64,000 bases of DNA. Origin: Smithella sp. (GTDB lineage: Bacteria > Desulfobacterota > Syntrophia > Syntrophales > Smithellaceae). The notes below the pieces were generated by a model. The model did no database searches and had not been told where the DNA came from. It saw nothing but the letters and a program-made list of their open reading frames with translations. The stretch covers positions 20,797 through 84,796 of the forward strand of contig JBEKMY010000004.1 in NCBI GenBank assembly GCA_049523355.1, given 5' to 3'. Shown one piece after another: positions 1 through 10,070 of the stretch (its first letter is position 1; the number at the start of each line of letters is the position of its first letter). The position numbers and the translations under genes were made by a program.

Positions 1-1045
1 GATCGTTGACCTTGGGCATGTCATTGATTCGCTGTGCCGCTTCACCGGCAGCCAGAAGCGCCTTATCCTTGTCACCTTCATAAGCAGCCTTCATTGAATC
101 AAGTTCAAACATGATTAATGATAGATCAATCGTCGCCATATCATCCGGCACTCCCAGATAACATCCGGGTGATTTCTGCAGCGTGTTTTTGGCGTGCTCT
201 TCACTGCGCGGATTTTTAATCCAGCGCGCCGGACCGACAAAACCTCGCGCCACAAGAGTTCCCCTGTCGCCTGCATCAACTACACCTTGTCTCCAAATCT
301 GCGGGAAATCACTTTCCTGCGTTGCGAGAAATCGTGTTCCCATCTGCACGCCGTCTGCGCCCATCACCAGGGCCGCAGCCAGTGTTTTACCGTCGCAAAA
401 GCCGCCGGCTCCGCACACCAGGGTCTTTTCATCGGAAACCGCTTCCACAATAGCGGGCAGCAGAATCATCGAGTGAACCGGTTCCCATGAGGTGTGAAAG
501 CCTCCCTCGTGTCCGGAAGCTACAATGACATCGACACCTGCTTTTTTGCATCGCTGGGCACCCTTGACCGACGGAACAACATGCATCCATGTAAAACCCG
601 CTCCTTTGATCTTTTCGTGCCAGGGCACCGGATCGCCTGCAGAGGTGAAGATAACTTTGAAGTGTTTTTCCATGCCAGGATTTGCCGCCCTTACCCGAAT
701 TGCCGTATCAATAATCATCTGTGCCTGAAATAGCAACTCAGCCGACACCATCACATTGATGCCGAATACTCCATTTTTGTCTTTAGTCAGTCGATATGCT
801 TTCTTCAGCAATTTCTCTAACGCAACCGTAATGTCGTCTTCCGGATTAGCATCGGCGCTTTTGATCCAATCATTGTAGATAAATGGAAGAAAATCCTTAT
901 TGCAGAGCCCGCTCGTGGAGAACAAGCCCAAAACACCGGCGTTGGCTGCGGCTACGGCAAGGTTGTTATTGCTGAATGGCCCCATACCCGCCTGAATGAT
1001 AGGATATTTGATGCCGACCAGGTCACAAAGTCTGGATTTGATCAT
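1..1045 (-). CDS. FMN-dependent nitronate monooxygenase / enoyl-reductase (NMO, FabK-like) family oxidoreductase; C-terminus runs off the window
   Basis: Absent from the ORF track because it is open at the window edge. My reverse-strand translation from the ATG at 1045..1043 gives MIKSRLCDLVGIKYPIIQAGMGPFS...VIVASGHEGGFH...GADGVQMGTRFLATQES with no stop down to position 1. These motifs are typical of the NMO TIM-barrel family. Confidence 0.7.
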   Translation of the reverse strand, partial: MIKSRLCDLVGIKYPIIQAGMGPFSNNNLAVAAANAGVLGLFSTSGLCNKDFLPFIYNDWIKSADANPEDDITVALEKLLKKAYRLTKDKNGVFGINVMVSAELLFQAQMIIDTAIRVRAANPGMEKHFKVIFTSAGDPVPWHEKIKGAGFTWMHVVPSVKGAQRCKKAGVDVIVASGHEGGFHTSWEPVHSMILLPAIVEAVSDEKTLVCGAGGFCDGKTLAAALVMGADGVQMGTRFLATQESDFPQIWRQGVVDAGDRGTLVARGFVGPARWIKNPRSEEHAKNTLQKSPGCYLGVPDDMATIDLSLIMFELDSMKAAYEGDKDKALLAAGEAAQRINDMPKVND

Positions 1046-1077
1046 ACAAGAAACTCCATAATAAAATTATTCTCTAA

Positions 1078-1201
1078 GGGACTGTTGAAAAACGCTCATC
1101 TGCTGCGTTGCGCTGCAAACCACACCGCTCAGCGTATTATAATATACGCCTCGCGATTTGCTTTTTGCGCGCCTTGCACCTGAACATTTTTGAACAGCCC
1201 C
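1078..1201. repeat. Imperfect-palindromic intergenic repeat, subfamily A, copy A1 (124 bp)
   Basis: The arms GGGACTGTTGAAAAACG (1078-1094) and CATTTTTGAACAGCCCC (1185-1201) are inverted complements (14/17). The core blocks CTGCGTTGCGCT and TTTGCGCGCCTTGC and a central GCGTAT-TATAA-TATACGC hairpin match the copies at 8618, 11377, 12986 and 46852. Confidence 0.85.
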
Positions 1202-1604
1202 TCTATTTAGTTTTTTCAGTCCTTTAATAAGCGTATCGAAAAAATCAGCCAGAGCGTAGCGATCGGCTGTATTGATTTTGTTATGTGCTATTCTTCTTTG
1301 TTTTTCTTTATATCGCTACAACAAGCAGATATAAAGTATAGAGCAGGCCAATGCTAGCAGATCCTGCAACTCCGTATCCAACTACTTCTGCACCACCACC
1401 AGAAAATGTTAAATGATGTTTATAGTCAATGTAGTATCCGTAATTATTATACCGATCAACATGGCTAACAAATAAGATATTGCCCCAAATAGGATTGTAC
1501 GTATTCTTAGTTTATGTGGAGTAATAATATCAATTATTTTTTTCATATTTATTTTCTTACATAACGATTAATATACCTAATACATATTACCAAAAAAATT
1601 AAAT

Positions 1605-2609
1605 TTATTCCCTGATTCGTTTTTTAAGTTCTTTAATCAAGTTGTTCAGAACGTCGCTGGCATCGCCAACGATAGCCACATCGGACATTTTCATCATCGT
1701 TGCCTGCGGATTTTTATTAATCGCTATAATAAAATTTGCTTCGCCCAATCCTGCTGTATGTTGAATAGCGCCGCTGATGCCAAAAGAAAAAAGGATTTTC
1801 GGTTTTATGTGCTTGCCCGCCTGTCCCACCAGTGCGCCATGGTCAGCCCATCCGGCGTAAACTACCGGTCTGGTGGCGCCGACATCACCACCTAAAAGCT
1901 TGGCCAACTCCTGCAGTTTTTTGAATTTTTCCCTATTGCGCATACCACGGCCACCGCAAACGATAACCGAAGCATTCTCAATAGTATGTTCTTTTTCCAC
2001 AGAACGTTCATACTCCACAAGGCGAACACGGGGTTTCGGCAGGTTTTGCATTAAGGGCAGACGTTCAACCAAAGCCTTTCTTTGATAATCATGCGGTATT
2101 TCCTTAAATGTTCCCGGTCGTATCGTAGCCATCTGGGGACGATGATGTTCCGTAACGATTTCCGCCAGCATATTGCCGCCAAACGAGGGGGCTATCTGCA
2201 ACAATAGTCCGTCTTGTGCAATATCGAGCCCCACACAATCAGCGGATAAACCTGTCTTTAAACGCTTGGCCAGCCGCGGCGCGAATTCACGGCCAAAGTC
2301 TGTAGCACCAATCAGGATAATTTCCGGATCCCTTTGTTTGGCCAGAATTTCAATGATAGCCAGATATCTTTCCGTGCTGTAACTCTTTAAAGCGGGATCA
2401 TCAATTGCCAGAATTCTATCCGCTCCGTGAGCGGTATATTCCATAATCCATTCGTCAATTTCATGACCAAAAATCAACGCGCAAACCTCCGCATTGATAG
2501 TTTTGGCAAGATCCATAGCTTTGGAAATCAACTGAAGGGTTACACGGTTTTGATAATAATTGCGGTAATCGCCAAATACCCAGATACTTTTTTGCTTACT
2601 CTTCATCAT
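1605..2609 (-). CDS. etfA: Electron transfer flavoprotein alpha subunit
   Basis: The ORF-track protein has typical EtfA features (WVFGDY..., C-terminal FAD-binding GISGAIQHxAG motif). The track start at 2627 is a TTG. The ATG at 2609 is preceded by GAAGGA, so I use it. Confidence 0.9.
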   Translation of the reverse strand: MMKSKQKSIWVFGDYRNYYQNRVTLQLISKAMDLAKTINAEVCALIFGHEIDEWIMEYTAHGADRILAIDDPALKSYSTERYLAIIEILAKQRDPEIILIGATDFGREFAPRLAKRLKTGLSADCVGLDIAQDGLLLQIAPSFGGNMLAEIVTEHHRPQMATIRPGTFKEIPHDYQRKALVERLPLMQNLPKPRVRLVEYERSVEKEHTIENASVIVCGGRGMRNREKFKKLQELAKLLGGDVGATRPVVYAGWADHGALVGQAGKHIKPKILFSFGISGAIQHTAGLGEANFIIAINKNPQATMMKMSDVAIVGDASDVLNNLIKELKKRIRE

Positions 2610-3444
2610 CAAGTTTGTTTCCTTCAATAGATTTGCCTATTACCGTGCCGATTTTTCTTTGATACCTGTCTAAGAATTCAGTAACGACCGCGGAAGATGT
2701 TCCATGTATGAGCACGTTTTCTTTCTGTGCTTTTCTCAAAAAGACTCTGCGCACTTTGGTGCGTGAGCCTTTACTTTTAGATGATAAAGCGTTTATGCCA
2801 AGAGCCGCCGCATCAAGCACAATCACCTCATTTCCGCAAAAAACATTTTCCAAACCAACAAGATTTGTGTAGCGCGGTTTGTAATTTTCCATGGAAACAG
2901 TCACCAGCGCCGGGAATTCCATTTCGAGAGTTTCACGAAAATTATCCACAAGCCGGCGAACACGCAATGTCCGGCCGTAAATTTCCAGCTTTTCAATATA
3001 GGCAGCCGCGGGTAAATCCAATTCTTCAGCTAATTGCGGTCCAACCTGCGCGGTTTCACTATCTGCAGTATAAGAACCGCAAAGGATAAGATCAAATTTA
3101 GGACATTTCTTTTTTATTGCCGCTGTTAAAACCAACGACGTGGCGTAAGTATCCGACCCGGCCAGGAGCTTATCGCAAATAAGGATTCCCCGGTCGGCAC
3201 CTAAAGCCATTGCTTCGAGCAGCACTTCCTCGGCAGCCGGCGGACCCATGGTTATGGCAGTAATATTCGCGGAAATTTTTTCTTTTATTTGCAGTGCGGC
3301 CTCCAGAGCGTGCTTGCAGGCCGGATTCATCATACCGGAGGCGAGGTCACGTCTGAGTGTGCCGGTTTTTTCATCCCACGGCAGTTCTGTAACCATAGGA
3401 ACTTGTTTTAAACATACTACGAGATTTAACATATTGTCTATCAT
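2596..3444 (-). CDS. etfB: Electron transfer flavoprotein beta subunit
   Basis: The N-terminus NLVVCLKQVP and overall EtfB-like sequence support the call. It overlaps the etfA start by 14 nt, the classic etfB-etfA arrangement. Confidence 0.9.
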   Translation of the reverse strand: MIDNMLNLVVCLKQVPMVTELPWDEKTGTLRRDLASGMMNPACKHALEAALQIKEKISANITAITMGPPAAEEVLLEAMALGADRGILICDKLLAGSDTYATSLVLTAAIKKKCPKFDLILCGSYTADSETAQVGPQLAEELDLPAAAYIEKLEIYGRTLRVRRLVDNFRETLEMEFPALVTVSMENYKPRYTNLVGLENVFCGNEVIVLDAAALGINALSSKSKGSRTKVRRVFLRKAQKENVLIHGTSSAVVTEFLDRYQRKIGTVIGKSIEGNKLDDEE

Positions 3445-3578
3445 ACGGACTCACGTCGCCCCCTCACAAGGCATGAGCCTTGCGAGCCTCCCTCTCTCGC
3501 TCGCTTATGCGAGTTGCATAACAGATTCCTTTAACGGCGAGAAACAACCAATAACTTCGCACAGAAACATTTGGGAAT
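3445..3578. repeat. Probable degenerate member of the palindromic repeat superfamily, filling the acd-etfB spacer
   Basis: It contains CACAAGGC...GCCTTGCGAG and CTCGC-TTAT-GCGAG hairpins followed by TTGCATAAC. The right end GCACAGAAACATTTGGG resembles GCAGCACATGAGCATTTTGGG of copy A5. A matching left arm is not evident, so the assignment is tentative. Confidence 0.45.
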
Positions 3579-4745
3579 CTATAATATCAGTTGAGACAGT
3601 ATCGAGCGCGCAATAACCATGCGCTGAATTTCACTTGTGCCTTCATAAATTTCCGTAACTTTAGCATCACGGAAGTATCTTTCAACATCATATTCCTTGC
3701 TGTATCCATAGCCGCCGTGAATTTGGACGGCCAGGGAGGTCGTCTTTGTCGCAACCTGACTGCAATAAAGTTTCGCCATCGCCGCCTCACAGCCAAAGGG
3801 GACTCCTTCATCCTTCAATGAGCATGCGTGGTACAAAAGTAAACGCGCCGCGGTTTGTTGGGTGGCCATATCGGCAATGTAATTTTGAATTGTTTGCAAC
3901 GACGCAATGGGTTTTTTAAATTGCTGCCTTTCTTTGGCGTATTTAACCGCCGCTTCCAATGCTCCCTGGGCAATACCCAAAGCTTGCGCGGCGACGCCGA
4001 TCCTGCCGTTATCCAGGGTGGTCATGCCTATTTTCATTCCGTCACCGATTCTTCCCAGCAGATTTTTTTCCGGTACACAGCAATCTTCCAAAAATAATGA
4101 AGAAACCGGGTTAGCGCGCATTCCGCAAAGATCTTCCAACTCACCGCGTAAAAATCCGGCATATTTGCCCTCAACAATAAAAACACTGCTCTGCGGACGT
4201 GTTGGATCAAAACCGGTAAGGGCGAAAATTAAGGCCAAATCACAAATTCCGCCGTTGGTGACGAATATTTTAGTGCCGTTTAAGATGTACTCCTTGTTTT
4301 TTTTTACAGCTGTTGTTTCCACGCTGGCGGAATCAGAACCCGCATTGGCTTCGGTCAGACTGAAAGCGCCGATAATTTCACCGCTGGCTAATTTAGGCAG
4401 GTAATGTTTTTTTTGCTCTGGTGTGGCAAAGCGTAGAAACGGATAGACCGCGACTCCATTGTGCACGGTAACGCACAAGCCTACTGCGGCGCAGATACGG
4501 GATAATTCTTCCACAACTATTGCAGAGCTGACAGAATCCATGGCCGCACCGCCGAATTCTCTGGGCACCTGCAGGCCGAAATAATTAAGCACCTTCATTT
4601 TCTCGATGACGGCAAAAGGAAAAGTGGCTTTACGGTCTATTTCGGCAGCAATAGGCGCAAGTTCTGTTTCTGCGAAATGCCGCACGGAATCACGGATCAA
4701 CTTATGTTTAGTGCTTGGATTTATTTGCAATGTCATTTTCCCCAT
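3579..4745 (-). CDS. Acyl-CoA dehydrogenase (short/medium-chain type)
   Basis: A 388-aa protein with full-length ACAD-family similarity (e.g. C-terminal YEGTSEIQR motif). It lies immediately upstream of etfBA on the same strand. Confidence 0.9.
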   Translation of the reverse strand: MGKMTLQINPSTKHKLIRDSVRHFAETELAPIAAEIDRKATFPFAVIEKMKVLNYFGLQVPREFGGAAMDSVSSAIVVEELSRICAAVGLCVTVHNGVAVYPFLRFATPEQKKHYLPKLASGEIIGAFSLTEANAGSDSASVETTAVKKNKEYILNGTKIFVTNGGICDLALIFALTGFDPTRPQSSVFIVEGKYAGFLRGELEDLCGMRANPVSSLFLEDCCVPEKNLLGRIGDGMKIGMTTLDNGRIGVAAQALGIAQGALEAAVKYAKERQQFKKPIASLQTIQNYIADMATQQTAARLLLYHACSLKDEGVPFGCEAAMAKLYCSQVATKTTSLAVQIHGGYGYSKEYDVERYFRDAKVTEIYEGTSEIQRMVIARSILSQLIL

Positions 4746-5031
4746 CTAAAAGATGTTTGGCACAAATAACTTAAAATAAAAGTAAAATCAAGAAAATGAA
4801 ACAAGCTATAAGATTTTCTCCGCATAAACAAACAAAATGTCATTAAAACACGTTAAATAACCCGCCCCCTTAAGCAGGACAATATTGTATATATGCGTAT
4901 TTGTTTATATTTACAGTATTTATTTTTCGTTTTCTGTCTGCGGAACATGATCAAAAACAACCTCTTCCATTAAAATTTTTCTGTCAAAATCGGCGTATAT
5001 TGCTTTTTTATTTTTAGTTGTTATTATATGC

Positions 5032-5517
5032 ATGATGACTAAAGAAAAGTTTCCGACAACTCCCGCCATTTTAGCCATGAAAGCGCAAAAGGCTGATTTT
5101 ACTCTGCATACTTACCCATACGAGGAAAGAGGCGGAACAAAAACGGCGGCGGGCAAATTGATGGTTGATGAACACCGTATTATCAAAACACTGATAATGG
5201 AGGATGAAACAAGCAAACCGTTCATTATTTTAATGCACGGAGATAAAGAAGTTTCCACAAAATCGCTGGCCAGGACTATCGGCGTCAAATCGGTTTCTCC
5301 ATGTAATCCGGCAGTGGCGGAAAAGTACACGGGCTATAGAGTAGGCGGCACTTCACCTTTCGGAACAAAAAAAGCAATGCCTGTTTACATGGAAAAAACC
5401 ATAAATGATTTGCCGGAAATATTTATAAATGCGGGTAGCCGCGGTTTACTGGCTCGGATACCCGTTGCTGAAATTGTGAGAATACTTAAACCGGTTGAGG
5501 TGAACGTTGCTATATAA
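5032..5517 (+). CDS. ybaK: Cys-tRNA(Pro)/Cys-tRNA(Cys) deacylase, YbaK/EbsC family
   Basis: A 161-aa protein with YbaK-type motifs (KTLIM..., GYRVGGTSPFG). Confidence 0.8.
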   Translation: MMTKEKFPTTPAILAMKAQKADFTLHTYPYEERGGTKTAAGKLMVDEHRIIKTLIMEDETSKPFIILMHGDKEVSTKSLARTIGVKSVSPCNPAVAEKYTGYRVGGTSPFGTKKAMPVYMEKTINDLPEIFINAGSRGLLARIPVAEIVRILKPVEVNVAI

Positions 5518-5566
5518 TTTGCCTTTTTCCGGTAAAAAAGAGATAATATAGCAAAGGTTAATTAAT

Positions 5567-6124
5567 ATGCCTGATAATGTAATCATCCGCTGTCTTAACT
5601 GCGGAACAAAAAACAGAATACCGCATAAAAAACTACAGGGCAGGTCTATCTGTGGAAAGTGCGGCGCGTCGCTGGATGAATTAATTATTCGTTGCCTTAA
5701 ATGCGGCACGAAAAACAGAATGTCTGAAGATCGCTTAAATCAAAAACCTTTATGCGGCAAATGCCATGAACCATTGATCATGCCTCAACAAAAAATCATG
5801 CCTTTCGATGTAACGGATCAAACATTTGCCCGTGAAGTGCTGACTTCCGATACGTCCGTGCTAGTAGATTGCTGGGCGCCATGGTGCGCTCCCTGCCGGA
5901 CATTATCCCCTATTATTGATGAACTCGCTTCTGATTATGCCAACGGAGTAAAAGTAGTTAAGCTTAATGTTGATGAAAATCAGATCACCGCTTCCCAATA
6001 TGGAATTCGCAGTATTCCAACCATGCTTTTCTTTAAGGAAGGTAAGATAGTAGATAGAGTAACCGGGGCACTGCCGAAAGAAGAAATCGAAAGACATCTG
6101 TTATCCATCATCAAAACAAACTAA
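5567..6124 (+). CDS. Thioredoxin with an N-terminal tandem pair of CxxC-x16-CxxC zinc-finger modules (Trx2-like)
   Basis: The C-terminal thioredoxin fold has the active site WCAPC. The N-terminus has two near-identical modules, [31 protein letters not shown] and [31 protein letters not shown]. Confidence 0.85.
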   Translation: MPDNVIIRCLNCGTKNRIPHKKLQGRSICGKCGASLDELIIRCLKCGTKNRMSEDRLNQKPLCGKCHEPLIMPQQKIMPFDVTDQTFAREVLTSDTSVLVDCWAPWCAPCRTLSPIIDELASDYANGVKVVKLNVDENQITASQYGIRSIPTMLFFKEGKIVDRVTGALPKEEIERHLLSIIKTN

Positions 6125-6140
6125 ATGAAGTAATTCGCTG

Positions 6141-6674
6141 ATGAAAAATAATAAAACTTCTGTAAAATACCACTGTAAAATTTTTGATGTTCGGGAAGAA
6201 GAATATGATTTGCCAGACGGTAGATCAACCAGGCAAAGCTGGATTAGCCATAATCCTACCGTTGCCATTGTCGCCATAAACGGCAAAAACGAATTGCTTT
6301 TAATTAAACAATACCGCAACGCGGTTAAAAAGAATCTGCTGGAAATTCCCGCCGGCTCAATGGATTCCTCTGAAGAACCTGCTGTTGTCTGTGCCCAAAG
6401 GGAACTGGCCGAAGAAACCGGGTTTAAAGCCGGAGCTCTTATCAAACTCTTTGAAGGTTACCTGCTGCCGGGATACTGCAACGAATACATGTATTTTTTT
6501 CTAGCCAATGATTTGATCCATGCGCCGCTGACTCCCGACGAAGATGAATTCATTGAAACCATACCCGTCAGCTTTGCACATGCTAAGGATTTAATTAAAA
6601 ATGGCGAAATAATTGACGCTAAAACCGTTTTGGGAATTATGCTGGCAGAAAACTATCTAAAGAACGGCTTTTGA
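6141..6674 (+). CDS. NUDIX hydrolase (ADP-ribose pyrophosphatase-like)
   Basis: A Nudix box is present (GSMDSSEEPAVVCAQRELAEETGF). 177 aa. Confidence 0.8.
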   Translation: MKNNKTSVKYHCKIFDVREEEYDLPDGRSTRQSWISHNPTVAIVAINGKNELLLIKQYRNAVKKNLLEIPAGSMDSSEEPAVVCAQRELAEETGFKAGALIKLFEGYLLPGYCNEYMYFFLANDLIHAPLTPDEDEFIETIPVSFAHAKDLIKNGEIIDAKTVLGIMLAENYLKNGF

Positions 6675-6867
6675 AAACCCCCCAAGTAAAAAAATTCATT
6701 TAAACAATAAACTGCCAGGATAAATTTATGAAAAAGACTTTCCGATTTCTCTCCTTTTAGTTCTAAACAACTTTTTCTTCTGGAAAGTTTCTTGCCAGAG
6801 GTAAAAAGTTTTGTTAGACTTCCTGCCAAGTCAGGCATTAGTTATACTAAAAGGGAGACGCAAACCC

Positions 6868-8166
6868 ATGATCTACAATGAAGAATTTGAAACCATGCCC
6901 CGTGAAGTTATAAAAGCCCTGCAAGTCAAAAGACTACAGCAGGTTCTGGAACGGGTCTACCACACGGTGGGATTTTACAAAAAATCTTTTGATGCCGCTA
7001 AAATCAAGCCTGACGCTATAAAATCCATTGCCGACATGCAAAAACTTCCCTTTATCACCAGAAAGGATTTAAGCGATAATTATCCTTTCGGCTTATTTTC
7101 CGTACCCATGAGCAACATCGTCCGTTTGCACACGTCTTCCGGAACCAGCGGAAGGGCAACTGTTTTCGGATATACCAAACGCGATATTGAAACATGGTCG
7201 GATCTTATCGCTCGCTCGCTCGTCGCCGCGGGTATAACAAAAAACGATATTATTCATAACGCCTTTGGTTACGGATTGTTCACCGGTGGTTTGGGGCTGC
7301 ATTATGGCGCGGAAAAAATAGGCGCCAGTGTTATTCCCATGTCCGGAGAAAACACCAAAAGGCAAATTATGATTTTGCAGGATTTCGGTCCGACCGTAAT
7401 TTGTTCCACTCCGTCATACGCTTTGCACCTCGTTGAAGAAGGAAAGGCTCTTGGCGTGGACATGAAATCTTTAAAACTGCGCGTGGGCATTTTCGGAGCA
7501 GAACCATGGAATAAGGCGACGTGCGATGAAATTGAAAAAGCTTTTGGTATAACCGCCCTGGATCTGTATGGTTTATCGGAAGTTATCGGCCCGGGCATGG
7601 CTATGGAATGCATAGAAGGTCGCAATGGAATGCATGTTTTTGAAGACCATTTTATCGTCGAAACAATCAATCCCACAACAGGCGACGTTCTCCCCGAGGG
7701 AGAAGAGGGCGAACTGGTTTTTACAACTCTCACCAAAGAAGCGGGTCCGCTCATCCGTTACCGTACAGGCGACATATCGCGTCTGATTACCGAATCGTGC
7801 CGCTGCGGCCGTAGTCACGTCAAGATGGAAAGGGTTTTGAAAAGAAGCGACGACATGCTGATTATACGAGGTATCAATATTTTCCCCTCACAAATAGAAG
7901 CTATTTTAGTTGGTATCGAAGGATTGAAACCCAATTATCAAATCATCATTGATAAAGTGGGCGCGCTGGACTCGCTGGATTTACAGGTGGAAGTCAGCGA
8001 TAATATATTCAGCGATTCCGGCAGCGTCAAAGAACTGCAGAAAATTGAAAAACAGATTATCAAGGACATGAAGGATTATTTGGGTGTCTCCGCACGTGTA
8101 AAGCTTGTCGAGCCTAATACTCTACAAAAAGCAGGAGCAAAAATTATTGATAAACGCCGCTATTGA
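6868..8166 (+). CDS. paaK: Phenylacetate-CoA ligase family (adenylate-forming) enzyme
   Basis: PaaK-type sequence ([24 protein letters not shown]). The track start at 6811 is a TTG. The ATG at 6868 follows the SD AAGGGAG (6851-6857). Confidence 0.85.
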   Translation: MIYNEEFETMPREVIKALQVKRLQQVLERVYHTVGFYKKSFDAAKIKPDAIKSIADMQKLPFITRKDLSDNYPFGLFSVPMSNIVRLHTSSGTSGRATVFGYTKRDIETWSDLIARSLVAAGITKNDIIHNAFGYGLFTGGLGLHYGAEKIGASVIPMSGENTKRQIMILQDFGPTVICSTPSYALHLVEEGKALGVDMKSLKLRVGIFGAEPWNKATCDEIEKAFGITALDLYGLSEVIGPGMAMECIEGRNGMHVFEDHFIVETINPTTGDVLPEGEEGELVFTTLTKEAGPLIRYRTGDISRLITESCRCGRSHVKMERVLKRSDDMLIIRGINIFPSQIEAILVGIEGLKPNYQIIIDKVGALDSLDLQVEVSDNIFSDSGSVKELQKIEKQIIKDMKDYLGVSARVKLVEPNTLQKAGAKIIDKRRY

Positions 8167-8187
8167 TAAATACATAAGGGGGTTACA

Positions 8188-8619
8188 ATGAAAGTAGAAC
8201 AAATATCTGTTTTTTTAGAAAACAAACCCGGCTCGCTCGAGTATGCGACGCGAGTCATGAAGGAGAACAACATCAATATTCGGACTCTCTCGCTGGCTGA
8301 AACGGTCGATTTCGGTATTTTGCGTTTGATTGTCAATGATGTCGAAAAAGCAAACAAAGTGCTCAAAGACAACGGCTTTCGTGTAAGCAAAACCCCTGTT
8401 GTTGCCGTCGAAGTTCCCGACAAACCGGGCGGACTGCATAGCATTATGGAAGTTGTATCCAAAGAAGGCATCAACGTGGAATATCTTTACGCCTTTGTAG
8501 AAAAAAGCGGCCAGAATGCCGTCATCATCTTCCGCTTCGATAACCCCGAAAAAGCTATTGAAGTTTTACTAAAGCATAAGTTCACGGTTATTCCGGGCGC
8601 AAAGCTCTACGACTTCTGA
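8188..8619 (+). CDS. ACT domain-containing protein (two ACT repeats)
   Basis: A 143-aa protein. The N-terminus [10 protein letters not shown] and the second module [10 protein letters not shown] are ACT-like. An ACT protein directly after PaaK is a common pairing. Confidence 0.7.
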   Translation: MKVEQISVFLENKPGSLEYATRVMKENNINIRTLSLAETVDFGILRLIVNDVEKANKVLKDNGFRVSKTPVVAVEVPDKPGGLHSIMEVVSKEGINVEYLYAFVEKSGQNAVIIFRFDNPEKAIEVLLKHKFTVIPGAKLYDF

Positions 8620-8743
8620 TGACACCGTAAAGCACCCGTAAGGTACGTTGCGCTTTAGCCCTTGTCATTGCGATGTACATTATAAGTACACTTCGATCCT
8701 GAGGCTTTGCGCGGCTTATCTCTTGGCATTTTACAGTGTCATC
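8618..8743. repeat. Imperfect-palindromic intergenic repeat, subfamily A, copy A2 (126 bp)
   Basis: The arms GATGACACCGTAAAGCACC and GGCATTTTACAGTGTCATC are inverted complements (15/19). The core has ACGTTGCGCTTTAG, a central GTACATTATAAGTAC hairpin and CTTTGCGCGGCTT. The element starts on the stop codon of the ACT gene. Confidence 0.9.
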
Positions 8744-8938
8744 ATTTAGTAGATAGATATCATCAATGTTTGAGATATTGTACTTCTTGCCATTATATGC
8801 AACGGCTTATCTCAAATATTTTCTTGAGTTTTAGCTTTATGCGCTTATAATATGCACATCAAACAAGCAGATAAGTAATTTCTTCCTTATAAAAATTTTT
8901 AAACATTCCACAATTTAATATCGGCAGGAGGTAATGAT

Positions 8939-9994
8939 ATGTTTACGTTCAGTACAGACGTTAGTTTAATTCTGGTATGGCTTGTCTGGATTGCGGCTTT
9001 CATCGCCTTGTTTGTTACCAATGAGGTGGGCCGCAGATTCAAATGGGCGGGTTTTGCCATGTTTGTTGTATTGCCGATCATCCTTACGATTTTGTGGCTT
9101 ACGACATTGAAAGATACGGCCTATATGGACTGGTTCCATCTGGCAAAGGTTTACTCATCAACAGCCGGATGTATCGGGTTTTGGTGCATCAGACACCTTC
9201 GCGGCACAGGCAAAGACGGGAAATTTTGGAAACTAAGTGACAAGAAATGGGCTCTGTGCTTCCCGCCGCTGATTCTGGCAATCAACATTCTGGAAGCTGT
9301 GACTCGTGACTTTCAAGTAGGCGCAACTTATTCAGTGCCTACAATTGAGTTTTTGCATAATCAGATCGAATATTACATCGGCGGTTCATGGAACTACATG
9401 AACGGCATTGCCGGAATCCTTAACATCATCACAATCACCGGCTGGTTCGGAATCTGTGTACGTAAAAAGACAAACACAGACGGAAGCATGGATATGTTGT
9501 GGCCGGATATGCTCTGGTTCTGGATTATTGCTTATGATCTTTGGAACTTCGCCTACACATACAACTGCATCCCGGGCCACTCATGGTACGCCGGACTGGC
9601 ATTGTTGCTCGCTCCCACCCTTTGCGCATTTACAGTCGGTAAGGGCGCATGGCTGCAACATCGCGCCCAGACTCTTGCATTGTGGTGCATGTTCGCTCAA
9701 ACGTTCCCCGCATTTATCGACAGGGGCGCTTTTGCGGTACAATCTGTAGCCAGCGCGCAAATTGCAGCGGCGGCAAAAGGGATTTCATTGACAAAAGAAG
9801 GCTTATATCCGGTTTTGTCCGCGACACCCGATACCACGGCATTGTTTATTGTAAGTTTTCTGGCATTGCTTTCGAATATTGCCGTATTCGGCTATATGAT
9901 ATACAAAGTTGTCAAGACAAAGCGTAATCCTTACACAGGCGATCTCTATACCGACCTGAATCAATATAAAGGAATTAAAGCGCTGGCAGAATAA
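8939..9994 (+). CDS. Polytopic Trp-rich integral membrane protein of unknown function
   Basis: A 351-aa ORF with about 9-10 hydrophobic segments and the SD AGGAGG at 8927-8932. I recognise no family with confidence. Confidence 0.6.
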   Translation: MFTFSTDVSLILVWLVWIAAFIALFVTNEVGRRFKWAGFAMFVVLPIILTILWLTTLKDTAYMDWFHLAKVYSSTAGCIGFWCIRHLRGTGKDGKFWKLSDKKWALCFPPLILAINILEAVTRDFQVGATYSVPTIEFLHNQIEYYIGGSWNYMNGIAGILNIITITGWFGICVRKKTNTDGSMDMLWPDMLWFWIIAYDLWNFAYTYNCIPGHSWYAGLALLLAPTLCAFTVGKGAWLQHRAQTLALWCMFAQTFPAFIDRGAFAVQSVASAQIAAAAKGISLTKEGLYPVLSATPDTTALFIVSFLALLSNIAVFGYMIYKVVKTKRNPYTGDLYTDLNQYKGIKALAE

Positions 9995-10014
9995 AAATTT
10001 TTTTCACTGAATAA

Positions 10015-10045
10015 AAAAGCCATCGATTTACTCGGTGGCTTTTTC
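10015..10045 (+). terminator. Rho-independent terminator (bidirectional) between convergent genes
   Basis: The stem GCCATCGA/TCGGTGGC has loop TTTAC, is preceded by an A-run and followed by TTTTT. Confidence 0.75.
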
Positions 10046-10070
10046 TATGTGCTATTAAAGTTAAACTTTT

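Noticed and set aside
183-733. ORF-track entries lying antisense to, or out of frame with, clearly identifiable genes. Examples: 183..476, 494..733, 3907..4404, 7302..7754, 15581..16063, 34621..35170, 49422..49922, 52901..53239, 58148..58488.
   Set aside because: Each lies entirely inside a longer ORF with strong family signatures on the other strand or frame. Their translations are low-complexity or Arg/Ser/Cys-rich shadow sequence, and none has an SD.
1308-1546. Two overlapping small hydrophobic ORFs on the minus strand in the AT-rich NMO-etfA spacer. One is a 47-aa ORF (MKKIIDIITPHK...). The other is a second-frame ORF ending ...GGGAEVVGYGVAGSASIGLLYTLYLLVVAI. Together they could be one frameshifted small membrane protein.
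   Set aside because: The second frame has no start codon. There is no recognisable family and no slippery site that I can defend. It is below the level of evidence for a gene or pseudogene call.
6781-6796. A sigma54-like promoter TGGAAA-GTTTC-TTGCC with correct GG-N10-GC spacing, 72 nt upstream of paaK.
   Set aside because: The -24 element lacks the conserved CAC (TGGCAC). No enhancer-binding protein gene or upstream activator repeats are nearby. A chance match is plausible in this AT-rich spacer.
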